A model generated the notes under the pieces. That model searched no databases and was not told where the DNA came from. It saw only the letters and a list, made by a program, of their open reading frames with translations. A DNA stretch of 64,000 nt from an uncultured virus (IMG/VR IMGVR_UViG_3300017754_003767) (taxonomy: Duplodnaviria > Heunggongvirae > Uroviricota > Caudoviricetes): the IMG/VR virus record IMGVR_UViG_3300017754_003767; one strand, 5' to 3'. Position 1 is the first letter of the stretch; every line of letters starts with the position of its first letter. Shown piece by piece: positions 44,153-52,893 of this stretch. A program made the translations under genes and the position numbers.

Positions 44153-44956
44153 ATGACCTATTTGTCCGCTAAAAAAATCTATCCCGGCAACTGGGCTGAA
44201 CCCCTGAACGGCTGGTATAAGAACATCGACAACAGCCAAGACGGCACCAATGATGGCTCCAAGGGCGGCCCCACTTCTGTGCTGGCCCTCCCTGGCTACC
44301 GTTATTTCCAGCAGCGTGGTTACGTCCCTGTGACGGCCACCTCTGGCGCCGGTCCTGTAGCTAGTGCCAGCGTGATCGTTCCTTCCCCCTACCGGAATGA
44401 CGACACCCGTACCGACATCACCGGCCTGGTGATTTCTGGCACCAGTACCCTGCCTGCTTATGTGTATCGCACTGCTATCTCCGTGGCCTCTGGCTGGGGT
44501 GATGGCCGTGTTGCCTCTGGCGTGTATGCCGCTACCGGTAACGTGATCTCGTTCGGTCGCGACAACTCCGGTAACCCCACTGCCGCTTCTGGCGTTGGCG
44601 AAGGTGTAATCCAAGCCAACCTGACCTCCACTGTGTCTGGTTCCCAAGCTGGCGAAATCTACTTCGCTGGTGGCACCGCTGGCTACGGCACCAACCCCTT
44701 CCTGACCATCACCGGCGCAACCGGCGTTGCTCCTGGCACCGTCAACTATTCCGCCGTTGGTTCGACCACCCTCAAGGTGTTTGCCAAGGAGACCGCCAAT
44801 AGCACCACCACTTCCGGTGGCTTCTACATCTCCAGCGGTGACGCAAATGCTGGCCGCACTGGTTACCTGGTTGTGGAAGTGTGCTACATCCAACCTGATG
44901 AAGCTCCTGGTTACGAAGACATTGACGGCTACCTGACCGGTCGCACTGTCAGCTGA
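44153..44956 (+). CDS. Highly expressed structural protein (decoration or minor capsid)
   Basis: Follows MCP; same codon bias; beta-rich. Confidence 0.6.
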   Translation: MTYLSAKKIYPGNWAEPLNGWYKNIDNSQDGTNDGSKGGPTSVLALPGYRYFQQRGYVPVTATSGAGPVASASVIVPSPYRNDDTRTDITGLVISGTSTLPAYVYRTAISVASGWGDGRVASGVYAATGNVISFGRDNSGNPTAASGVGEGVIQANLTSTVSGSQAGEIYFAGGTAGYGTNPFLTITGATGVAPGTVNYSAVGSTTLKVFAKETANSTTTSGGFYISSGDANAGRTGYLVVEVCYIQPDEAPGYEDIDGYLTGRTVS

Positions 44957-44996
44957 TTAGGGTAAACTAGGACCAGAGATTAACTCCCTGGTCCTT

Positions 44997-45407
44997 ATGT
45001 TGTATCAGCACAAAAAAACCGGCGCACGCGTCAAAGTTGTAAGCGAGTGGGATAACGGTGATTGGTTCATGGTCGAAGACCAAGATGGTCGCCTTTACAC
45101 CGTTTACAAAACAGAGATTGAACCTGACGAATCGGCCACTAAAAAGGTAAAGACTCTTCAGGTTAAAGATCGTGCAGCGCAAGACGAGCCACGCACTTTT
45201 CCTCCCGACACCCGGCTAAATGTAAATTCAGCCACAGCCCAAATGATCGCTGATCATATTAAGGGTATTGGTCTGAAGACTGCTCGGGAAATTAAAGATC
45301 TTCAGATGTCTTTATCGGGTGAAAGATTTAACAGTCTTGAGCAGTTAAAGCAAATTAAACGGGTGGATTGGAATGCTGTAATGGCTGCTGATCTGATTAG
45401 GGTTTGA
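44997..45407 (+). CDS. SH3-like plus ComEA-type helix-hairpin-helix DNA-binding protein
   Basis: RLNVNSATAQMIADHIKGIGLKTAREI...RFNSLEQLKQIKRV. Confidence 0.7.
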   Translation: MLYQHKKTGARVKVVSEWDNGDWFMVEDQDGRLYTVYKTEIEPDESATKKVKTLQVKDRAAQDEPRTFPPDTRLNVNSATAQMIADHIKGIGLKTAREIKDLQMSLSGERFNSLEQLKQIKRVDWNAVMAADLIRV

Positions 45408-45421
45408 TTCTCATCTCAAGT

Positions 45422-45448
45422 AACCCTCGGGAAACCGAGGGTTTTCTT
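45422..45448 (+). terminator. Intrinsic terminator
   Basis: AACCCTCGG-gaaa-CCGAGGGTT followed by TTCTT. Confidence 0.75.
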
Positions 45449-45464
45449 GTCTTAAAATACAGGC

Positions 45465-46157
45465 ATGGCAAAGATTACACGCATAGGTCAGCTCGGTTCC
45501 TCTGGTGTTTCCAGTGGTCCGCATTTACACGCATATGTAAAGAACCTTGTTACTGGCGAGTACGAAAACCCTGAGTATCACCGCAGTAAATTCACAGGTG
45601 TACGGGTCGGCGCCAATAGGGTGCCCAAGTACATCACAGATAGCAAAGGGGAGTTGATCTTAAACCCTGCAGCGGGTTTAACAAAGACTTCCTCCTGGGG
45701 GCCACGCAACACAGGCATCCCTGGTGCAAGTACGTACCATAGGGGTGTTGATTACGGCGGCCAAGAAGGTACCGAAATCTACGTCGAAGGTGATGTTAAG
45801 TTCACTCCGCGCCCCAATGCAGGAGGCTACGGGAATCTTGCTACCTGGACCACAGGAGACAATAAGTACGAGCTTGGTTACGGCCACATGAAGACGCTTG
45901 GGGAGGCAACCGATCTGACCAATACAAGTGTGACTTCAACTCCGCGTGTTTCATACGAAGAAGCCCAGGGCAAAACAAATGACTTGATTGAAGCTTTTAT
46001 GCTTGGCACTAACTATCAGCCACGCGAAAAGAAGCAGACAAGAGAACCTCAATCATTACTTGGCGCATTTAAGAATCAAATATTGGGTGGAATCTTGCAA
46101 AATGCAATGAATCCGTTTACAGGAATTCTAGATCAAGCAGGTGACACTGTCGCTTGA
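45465..46157 (+). CDS. M23 peptidase, circularly permuted
   Basis: GSSGVSSGPHLH at the N-terminus; HRGVD, GGYGN and YGHM later. Confidence 0.8.
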   Translation: MAKITRIGQLGSSGVSSGPHLHAYVKNLVTGEYENPEYHRSKFTGVRVGANRVPKYITDSKGELILNPAAGLTKTSSWGPRNTGIPGASTYHRGVDYGGQEGTEIYVEGDVKFTPRPNAGGYGNLATWTTGDNKYELGYGHMKTLGEATDLTNTSVTSTPRVSYEEAQGKTNDLIEAFMLGTNYQPREKKQTREPQSLLGAFKNQILGGILQNAMNPFTGILDQAGDTVA

Positions 46158-46197
46158 TTTGTTGCTTTTATAATGAAAGGTACACTGGAACATAGAA

Positions 46198-46659
46198 GTG
46201 CAATTTAGCGACTTCGACAAAAGTAGGATTAGGTATCATCTGGGATACTTCACTGTTTCTGTGCCAGCGGGTGACTATGCTCGTTTGGAAGAAGCAATGA
46301 ATACGGTCCCCGATTCCTACTTCTACGATAAAATTGTTATCCAGATTGGGCGTTGCGATACGGCCGAAAAGAAGACAGAGGTTGCATCTTCTCCTTCCAC
46401 TCGGATTGAAAATATTGTTGGCGACGTTGACCGTACTATTCGGTCGAGTAATGCTAAGGAAGCGTTAAAAGTTTGGGACGAGATTTATCTCTACGAAACA
46501 AATCGTTTAGCCGGCATTCTTTACGTTCCTAACTACAAAGATCCGTACCAGGCACGTTACCGTTACGAACGCTCTGGTGCAGAATTTATCCAGGCATTAC
46601 CTGGACCTGCTGATACGGCAGTTGGTTCCCGTATTTATTTACATGAGGTTTGGAGGTAA
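46198..46659 (+). CDS. Putative head-tail connector/adaptor
   Basis: DKSRIRYHLGY helical N-terminus; position after the capsid genes. Confidence 0.5.
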   Translation: MQFSDFDKSRIRYHLGYFTVSVPAGDYARLEEAMNTVPDSYFYDKIVIQIGRCDTAEKKTEVASSPSTRIENIVGDVDRTIRSSNAKEALKVWDEIYLYETNRLAGILYVPNYKDPYQARYRYERSGAEFIQALPGPADTAVGSRIYLHEVWR

Positions 46660-46661
46660 TT

Positions 46662-47744
46662 ATGGCTGGTAATCCAGGTGGGGCTGCTGCTAACCAGCGA
46701 CAGTCAAAAGCTACTTCTCGGCAAGTTCAACAAGCCAGGGAACAACAAGCTGTTCTAAACAATTTACGTCGAGGCGGCGTTGTTTCTGGCGCACAGCCAG
46801 CTAATCCCATCATTGGTGGTATTCAAAGTTTATTTGGTGGTGCGGGTAAAGGTGCTATTCCTGCATTAGGTGCTGCACGCCTTGGTGGCCAAGAAGTATT
46901 AATGAATAGAGGTGGATGGGATACAAGGCGTGCCGGAAGTGGTCCAATTAATGTTGGTGGACAAACTTGGTATCCTGCTCAAAGCGGCCAAGATCTTGTT
47001 TACAAACGTGCACCCGGTTTAGTAGGTGGACAATACGGCAGTCTTTTTTCAGGTGGTACGGTTCCGCCTTCAGCACCGCCCGCAGATAATAGTAATCCCG
47101 CCGCTGAGCGTGCTTACCAGCAGGAAGTTTCGCGTGTTGCCCAGCTCACAGCACAAGACCCTGAACTTCAGCGTTACGAACAGGCTCGTCAAAAAGCAGT
47201 TGCTGCTGGCCCTGGTTCTGCCGCCGAACAATCTGCAGAAGATATCGGGATGCAGATCTGGGCACAAAAGTACGGCAAAACTCTTGCGCCTAAAGTTAAA
47301 CCTGGCCAAGCTGGTTACGACGTAATCCAACGCACCTTAAACGCTGGTCAGATGGGTGCACCTGCTGATTTGGGTGCATTTACTGGTGCTGCTCCTGCAG
47401 GATTCCTTGGCAGCTCTGGTGCTCCTGCAACCAGTAGTTACACGGGTGTTACTCCGGTTAACTTAGGCATGGGTGCTATTGGTCCTAACGCACTGACCAA
47501 TGCATATAACATGCAGACCGCAAGCTCTTTCAACCGTTTTATGGAAGGGCCAACGTTAAGTAGCCAGCCCCTTGGCGCACCGACTGCATCTATTGGTGAA
47601 GTCCCCACTTATTCCCAGCTAAGCCAACCTCAATCCTATGGGTTAGGTCCCATCCCTGGTGAGGAAGAAACTTTTGGTAGCGACGCCTCTCAAAAGTTTG
47701 CCAACACTTATGCTAAGAAGCTGCTAAACTTTCAACCAATTTGA
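46662..47744 (+). CDS. Gly/Ala/Gln-rich virion protein
   Basis: GGAGG SD; about 360 aa. Confidence 0.6.
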   Translation: MAGNPGGAAANQRQSKATSRQVQQAREQQAVLNNLRRGGVVSGAQPANPIIGGIQSLFGGAGKGAIPALGAARLGGQEVLMNRGGWDTRRAGSGPINVGGQTWYPAQSGQDLVYKRAPGLVGGQYGSLFSGGTVPPSAPPADNSNPAAERAYQQEVSRVAQLTAQDPELQRYEQARQKAVAAGPGSAAEQSAEDIGMQIWAQKYGKTLAPKVKPGQAGYDVIQRTLNAGQMGAPADLGAFTGAAPAGFLGSSGAPATSSYTGVTPVNLGMGAIGPNALTNAYNMQTASSFNRFMEGPTLSSQPLGAPTASIGEVPTYSQLSQPQSYGLGPIPGEEETFGSDASQKFANTYAKKLLNFQPI

Positions 47745-47830
47745 TTTATCTGGCAGTGCATAGCATGTAAGCCCAGCCAACTGGACACAGATCTTTGATC
47801 TACGGGGGCCAGTGTTGTTGCTTTAAACCC

Positions 47831-47947
47831 ATGATTCTCTGCCCCAAGTTTGTTAAACGTACTTTGACCTATTTAGCTACGACCCTTGCGCTGCAAACCG
47901 TATTTATCCCTGGTCTCAAAGCAAGTTCAAATTGGGTAGGAGAATAA
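47831..47947 (+). CDS. Signal-peptide-like micro-ORF (38 aa)
   Basis: MILCPKFVKRTLTYLATTLALQTVFIPGLKASSNWVGE*. Confidence 0.45.
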   Translation: MILCPKFVKRTLTYLATTLALQTVFIPGLKASSNWVGE

Positions 47948-47957
47948 GGAGAACAAT

Positions 47958-48629
47958 ATGTCATTAAGCCCCGCCGCAGCTATTGTTGCACGCAAGTTAA
48001 AACAACAAGGCTATACCAACGCGCAGATTGCGGGTGTCCTTGGGAATATCTCCCAAGAGTCTGGCTTCAATCCTCGCGTAAACGAGGGTGGTGCAGTTGG
48101 TGGTCCCATGGGACGTGGCGGGTATGGCTTGGCACAATGGACAGGTGGCCGCCAAACTAACTTAGTTAATTTTGCAAAAACAAAAAAGCTTGACCCAGGT
48201 GATGCCGGTCTTCAAGCCGATTTTTTATTGCATGAATTACAAGGACCCGAAAGCCGTGCAGCCGAATCTCTGCGCAAGGCACAGTCACCTGAGCAAGCAG
48301 CGTTAGTTTTTCGTCGTGACTTTGAACGCGCCGGCATCCCCAAGGATGAGAACCGGATGCGTGCAGCACGCGACTTAATGCCTAAACTGCAATCACTAGA
48401 AGGTGGGATTGATTTTGCACCACCTGCCCTCCCTGGAGAGCAGCAAAGTGTTGCTTATCGTTTAGCGCAAGCAGGTATTGATCTCACTGGTGATCAAGAA
48501 GATAAAAAAACGACGGCCAATACATTGCTAGAAGCATTTAAGCAACAGGTTCTCCCTGCAATGCTTCCACAAGGTATTATGAACATTAACGCCCTTAATC
48601 CGTTCCAAAATCCATTCCAGGTGCTTTGA
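47958..48629 (+). CDS. Phage tail lysozyme (Phage_lysozyme2-like)
   Basis: IAGVLGNISQESGFNP...GGYGLAQWT..R...Q.DFLLHEL...FERAG. Confidence 0.85.
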   Translation: MSLSPAAAIVARKLKQQGYTNAQIAGVLGNISQESGFNPRVNEGGAVGGPMGRGGYGLAQWTGGRQTNLVNFAKTKKLDPGDAGLQADFLLHELQGPESRAAESLRKAQSPEQAALVFRRDFERAGIPKDENRMRAARDLMPKLQSLEGGIDFAPPALPGEQQSVAYRLAQAGIDLTGDQEDKKTTANTLLEAFKQQVLPAMLPQGIMNINALNPFQNPFQVL

Positions 48630-48925
48630 TGGACCGTCGAGATTACGTTGGTAGCGATGATGCGTTACCGGGAGATTACAACCGTTATCTCTCTGGTAAA
48701 GACTCAACCAAGCCCAACCCTAGTAAGGATATTCAATACAGATTGGCCAAGCTGTACAAGGTAGATGATTTCAATCGTCTAGCTTCTTCCGTTGCTGGGG
48801 CACCAAGGTCTGAATCGTTCCAACGTTTTCTCGCTCTTCAGCAAGACCCTGATCTTCTTGCAAGGGCATCGATGAAGATGCCCAATACACCCTTTGGACC
48901 GTTAGGTAGTTTTGCTGAAAGCTAA
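48629..48925 (+). CDS. Hypothetical protein
   Basis: About 98 aa, coupled. Confidence 0.55.
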   Translation: MDRRDYVGSDDALPGDYNRYLSGKDSTKPNPSKDIQYRLAKLYKVDDFNRLASSVAGAPRSESFQRFLALQQDPDLLARASMKMPNTPFGPLGSFAES

Positions 48926-48926
48926 T

Positions 48927-49478
48927 TTATTTTTTAGCAAAGGCTTTTTCAAGCGGCCAGTCTTTATTTAAGCGTTTTTGCATTGACTGGGGAGAGATGC
49001 CAACTTCTTTTGCCCAATCAGCAATACACATAGTTTTTCCTTCAAATGTGTAAAGCCTTGTTGCACGCTTGCCTCCACGGTTACGTGTTTGTTCTTTGTG
49101 AGTAGCCCAGCGACAATTTTCTTTGTAGTAGTTTTTGTCGTTGTCGATTCTTTCTAATTCCATTTTAGGCATTGGTTTTTTACCCATATCAGCAAGGAAT
49201 TGTTCATATTTTTCCCAGCGTGGATCATAAGTAATACCGCGTCCACCATAGCGGGAATAGGATTCGTGTTTCAAGTTATTGCACCTATTTTTCATTGCAC
49301 CCCAAGAAGAATATTCGGCTTCTTGATTTTTATGGCCACCATGCTTGTAACTTCCACAACTTTTAGAACAAAAAACATAACCACGCCTTTTTAATTTGCT
49401 GCGGCAAGTAGCTCCAGCCATGCCCAGTCTTTCAAAGTTGTTGCCACAATTTTTACAAACAAAAATGGTTTGGACCAT
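48927..49478 (-). CDS. HNH homing endonuclease
   Basis: W..MK.RC...YGGRGI....W..Y..FLADMG...LERIDND.NY.KENCRWAT..EQ..N; inverted in the late operon; AT-rich. Confidence 0.85.
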   Translation of the reverse strand: MVQTIFVCKNCGNNFERLGMAGATCRSKLKRRGYVFCSKSCGSYKHGGHKNQEAEYSSWGAMKNRCNNLKHESYSRYGGRGITYDPRWEKYEQFLADMGKKPMPKMELERIDNDKNYYKENCRWATHKEQTRNRGGKRATRLYTFEGKTMCIADWAKEVGISPQSMQKRLNKDWPLEKAFAKK

Positions 49479-49543
49479 TAGAATAGGGGAAGTTTCCCGG
49501 AGACGCCCTGTCAATATAACAGAGGCAGAGCGTTTAGTCTACA

Positions 49544-50329
49544 TTGAGCTCGACATCCACGAACAAACAGCCCTTATTAGTTGATCGCCCGCTTATTGAT
49601 ACGGTGCGCATCACAACGCAAACTGTTGGTAGTGCATCTACCAATACATTGTTTGTGCAGGGTGGCCAAGCGCCTTCCATCCTGGTCGACATGGACGCAA
49701 CTTTAAGCGAAGACAATAGTTCCGGCGGCGTTATTGATTCGATCACCATCACGCGTAATGATTACTACCGTGATGCAGACTATGAAGTTAAGACTGCAAC
49801 CTCAGGCACGCCCATCTCTCTGGTCAGCGGCCAAACTGTATTTATTTCGCAGACAGGGATTTTAACTGGCGGTGGTGCACCCTTCTCTGGCTACGGTTAT
49901 TACACATATACTGGCGCTGCTACTCTCACTGGAATTAATACCGCACTGAATTATTCAGGTGGTATTGCATCTGGTTTTACATACAACGGTATTGCTTACG
50001 GCTATCAGCAGGCTGTGACGTTTGTGTTCTACCACACCCGTGGTACTACAACGCCCATTCCTGGCTCTGGTGACTATCGCATTTTATTTGCTAAGACAGT
50101 TCCTGCAAATACTCAGACTGTTGACTGCTCTGATTTGATGCCACAACTGGCAGTGCCTGCAGTTACCGCAGGAAACACCACTGGACTTGGCGAGACTGCT
50201 CCGCTGCGTAATAAGGGTATCTACCTGGAGCGTGGCGATCGTATTTACGTTGGCGTGTTTCCTGACGGTCCCAACAGTTCTGGTTATATCCCTGGTGCGC
50301 ACGTTATTGCGCAAGGCGGCTTCTTCTAA
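49544..50329 (+). CDS. Putative tail/structural protein (TTG start)
   Basis: 261 aa; beta-rich. Confidence 0.6.
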   Translation: MSSTSTNKQPLLVDRPLIDTVRITTQTVGSASTNTLFVQGGQAPSILVDMDATLSEDNSSGGVIDSITITRNDYYRDADYEVKTATSGTPISLVSGQTVFISQTGILTGGGAPFSGYGYYTYTGAATLTGINTALNYSGGIASGFTYNGIAYGYQQAVTFVFYHTRGTTTPIPGSGDYRILFAKTVPANTQTVDCSDLMPQLAVPAVTAGNTTGLGETAPLRNKGIYLERGDRIYVGVFPDGPNSSGYIPGAHVIAQGGFF

Positions 50330-50332
50330 GTC

Positions 50333-51895
50333 ATGGCCCCAAAGGGCGGAGATAAGTTCGGATCCTTTGTCAGAGCTTCTGACAGGGATCCTTTTCGTTT
50401 AAAACCTATTACAACTGAATTCTCCTCTGGTGCTGTACCAAACTCTTTAAGTGCAATAAACAGGGAATCTGCATGGTCCCGTTGGCGTAGAGGATACGAA
50501 ATTGCAACTGCTTGTTTTTATGACAATGCATATGAGTATCCATTTAGCTATGTAATTCCAGTACCTGCTGGAACACCAGCTTCCGTTGCAGCAGCACAAC
50601 CAACTATCCCTGGAACCTTTGTAGGGTTCCCTACTAAGAACAAAGAGTTTGGCATGCACTGGGCTGGGGCTCGTTTGGCGGGATCCTTGCGGTGCGACAA
50701 CTTGGTTGACAAGACGACAGGGACCAGGCTTTACATTGAAATGGTGACGGAAGATGCTGCGTACTGGTACGTCAAGCTGGCCGGGAACTGGAGTACGAGC
50801 AATCCACTACCCCCACCGTTCTACGTGGCCCTTCCTGGCGTTCCTAACGGCCTTAGAGCGATCAATGGTGAGATCCTGGAAGACCGCGTCATTACCGTTG
50901 GCGCACCTCCGATCACCAAAGAAACAATTGATCCAACAACGCAAAAACGATATGGCTACACACAAGCTGTCATTGTTGAAACATATCCATTCACAGGGAT
51001 CTTAAAGCTACGCAAGGCAGGTTCAGTTGAGGTTACGCCTGACGAAGCTTTTATTACACCAGCAACCAAAGGGCCCAGCCTTAATAGATACCTAATAACT
51101 GGCTCAAGATACTGTTGTTCTTGCCAAGATTTTACACATCGTGATTATTCGTTCATGAATACTCTTGGCGAAGGCACTAAGAGAATATTCCCGCGAACAA
51201 GCCTTGCGTCTGTTAAGCCTGGTCGATATGAGAAAACAAGGTTAAACGGAAAGTTGAATAACAATGCGATGACGAGTGCAACAGTTGATCGCAAGATGGA
51301 TATTATTGCGCCCTCGGCACAGTACACAGTTCCACCTGAAGTCAATACAATTTCAACGGTAGATCCAGATGCCACCAGGGATTTTGCTGGTGTTTACCGT
51401 GAGTTTGGTGCAACATATTTAAGAAGCACAGCGAACCCATCTATACCTGGATCCAGGGCGGAAGGGATGCCGTCCTATGAAGACTACACTTCAGCTAATG
51501 GGCGCATCACTTCTATTACTGATTTTTGGACACCGTTATTGGACGAGATGCGTTATTGCAAACATATCTACGCCATGAAGTTTGCAGAGGGTAACTTCCC
51601 GCCAGAGCCGTCTGATTTCCCAGTGGAAGAAGGAAGCATGGTCGCCTGGGAGCAAAGGTTGGTTGATCAAACTGAAAATGAACAGAAGGAGTTGATAGCA
51701 GCAAACTTATCAAGAACATCTTTGTCGATGATGGATGTGCCCCCATACAACTGCCAGTCTCCAATGATGATGCCCATGATGCAAAAACTGTTTAATATTC
51801 CCGCAAACTTTGTGATGATGAGAGGTTTTACAATGTATGACAAGGATGGCACAGCATACAGGCCATCACTAGGACAAAACCCTTCTTCGTCATGA
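50333..51895 (+). CDS. Protein with a split SWIM-type Zn motif
   Basis: YCCSCQDF ... about 140 aa ... YCKHIYA. Confidence 0.6.
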   Translation: MAPKGGDKFGSFVRASDRDPFRLKPITTEFSSGAVPNSLSAINRESAWSRWRRGYEIATACFYDNAYEYPFSYVIPVPAGTPASVAAAQPTIPGTFVGFPTKNKEFGMHWAGARLAGSLRCDNLVDKTTGTRLYIEMVTEDAAYWYVKLAGNWSTSNPLPPPFYVALPGVPNGLRAINGEILEDRVITVGAPPITKETIDPTTQKRYGYTQAVIVETYPFTGILKLRKAGSVEVTPDEAFITPATKGPSLNRYLITGSRYCCSCQDFTHRDYSFMNTLGEGTKRIFPRTSLASVKPGRYEKTRLNGKLNNNAMTSATVDRKMDIIAPSAQYTVPPEVNTISTVDPDATRDFAGVYREFGATYLRSTANPSIPGSRAEGMPSYEDYTSANGRITSITDFWTPLLDEMRYCKHIYAMKFAEGNFPPEPSDFPVEEGSMVAWEQRLVDQTENEQKELIAANLSRTSLSMMDVPPYNCQSPMMMPMMQKLFNIPANFVMMRGFTMYDKDGTAYRPSLGQNPSSS

Positions 51896-52122
51896 CAACG
51901 CCAAATTTTGGAGATGTTGTAGATACAAACTTTATTTACTCACAAGAACAAGACGATGTTCGCAAGTACGGTTTTAGTGAGTTCCAGATAAGTGGTCGGC
52001 CTACCATTTATCATCCCGGCGATGTCGTGCATCTACCCTTTGCCTCTGGTGAGCTATCGACAATTGAAGCCGTGGGGCTAGCCTGGTCTGGTTATGTGAA
52101 CGGCATCCCGCCAGAAGACTAG
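51892..52122 (+). CDS. Hypothetical protein
   Basis: 76 aa, coupled. Confidence 0.55.
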   Translation: MTTPNFGDVVDTNFIYSQEQDDVRKYGFSEFQISGRPTIYHPGDVVHLPFASGELSTIEAVGLAWSGYVNGIPPED

Positions 52123-52124
52123 AT

Positions 52125-52151
52125 AAAACAAAGCCCCGCACAAGACGGGGC
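52125..52151 (-). terminator. Intrinsic terminator between convergent genes
   Basis: GCCCCG-tcttgtg-CGGGGC followed by TTTGTTTT. Confidence 0.6.
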
Positions 52152-52174
52152 AGTGTATTAATGTTTTAAAATCC

Positions 52175-52393
52175 TCACACAGCCATTGGCTGCATCTCAA
52201 GTTTTTTCAAGTGCTTGCGTACAGCGGAGATGTTCCAGCGGTAGCCGTCACGCGAACGGGTCTCAGGAAAAGCAGCGAAGTGGGGGCCAAGTTTCAGCGT
52301 GCCATTGTCGCGGTACTTGAAGAGAGTCTTGCGATCAATGCCGAGGAGTTCTTCCGCCTGCTGGACGGAGACCCATCCTGGGTGCTTAGCCAT
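52175..52393 (-). CDS. Excisionase/MerR-like HTH protein
   Basis: WVSVQQAEELLGIDRKTLFKYRDNGTLK.G.HF...YRWN. Confidence 0.7.
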   Translation of the reverse strand: MAKHPGWVSVQQAEELLGIDRKTLFKYRDNGTLKLGPHFAAFPETRSRDGYRWNISAVRKHLKKLEMQPMAV

Positions 52394-52529
52394 GACCAAA
52401 GGAGTCGTGTACTCACTTAACTTACAGCATGTCAAGGCAGTGTCAACAGACTTAAGAAAAATTTTATCTCTTTACTTAAGTAAGAATAAATAGGGGTCAA
52501 ATTAAAATAGATTAACAGCACAAAAGAGT

Positions 52530-52892
52530 ATGTTCAATTGCGAACAGGAACCCCTCGCCCTGCTCATTGAATTAACTCCAAAGCTAGCTAAGAAACGTTA
52601 CCGCCAATCTATATATGATGCCTGGGACTGCAAGTGTGCTTATTGCGAGGCGGATGCCACGTCATTAGACCATGTAGTACCGAGGTTTAAATCTGGATCT
52701 AGTAATAGAACAAACCTTGTTCCTGCCTGCCGTAGATGCAATACGTCTAAGGCAAGTACCAAGATGAGCGAATGGTTTGAACGACAAGAGTTCTTTACGC
52801 AGGCTAGGATGGATAGAATTAATGCCTGGATCAAACAAGAACCGTTCGATGTTTTTGTTTGTGATTTAACTGTGTTTAGGGAAGCTGTTTAA
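52530..52892 (+). CDS. HNH endonuclease (McrA-like)
   Basis: CAYC...SLDHVVPR.KSG....NLVPACRRCN.SK. Confidence 0.85.
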   Translation: MFNCEQEPLALLIELTPKLAKKRYRQSIYDAWDCKCAYCEADATSLDHVVPRFKSGSSNRTNLVPACRRCNTSKASTKMSEWFERQEFFTQARMDRINAWIKQEPFDVFVCDLTVFREAV

Positions 52893-52893
52893 A

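Noticed and set aside
43090..44893. Long antisense ORFs 43090..44037 and 44138..44893
   Set aside because: Shadow frames caused by the strong codon bias of the capsid genes.
52175..52393. Prophage excision module
   Set aside because: Only an Xis-like HTH is present; no integrase, att site or host genes are in the window.
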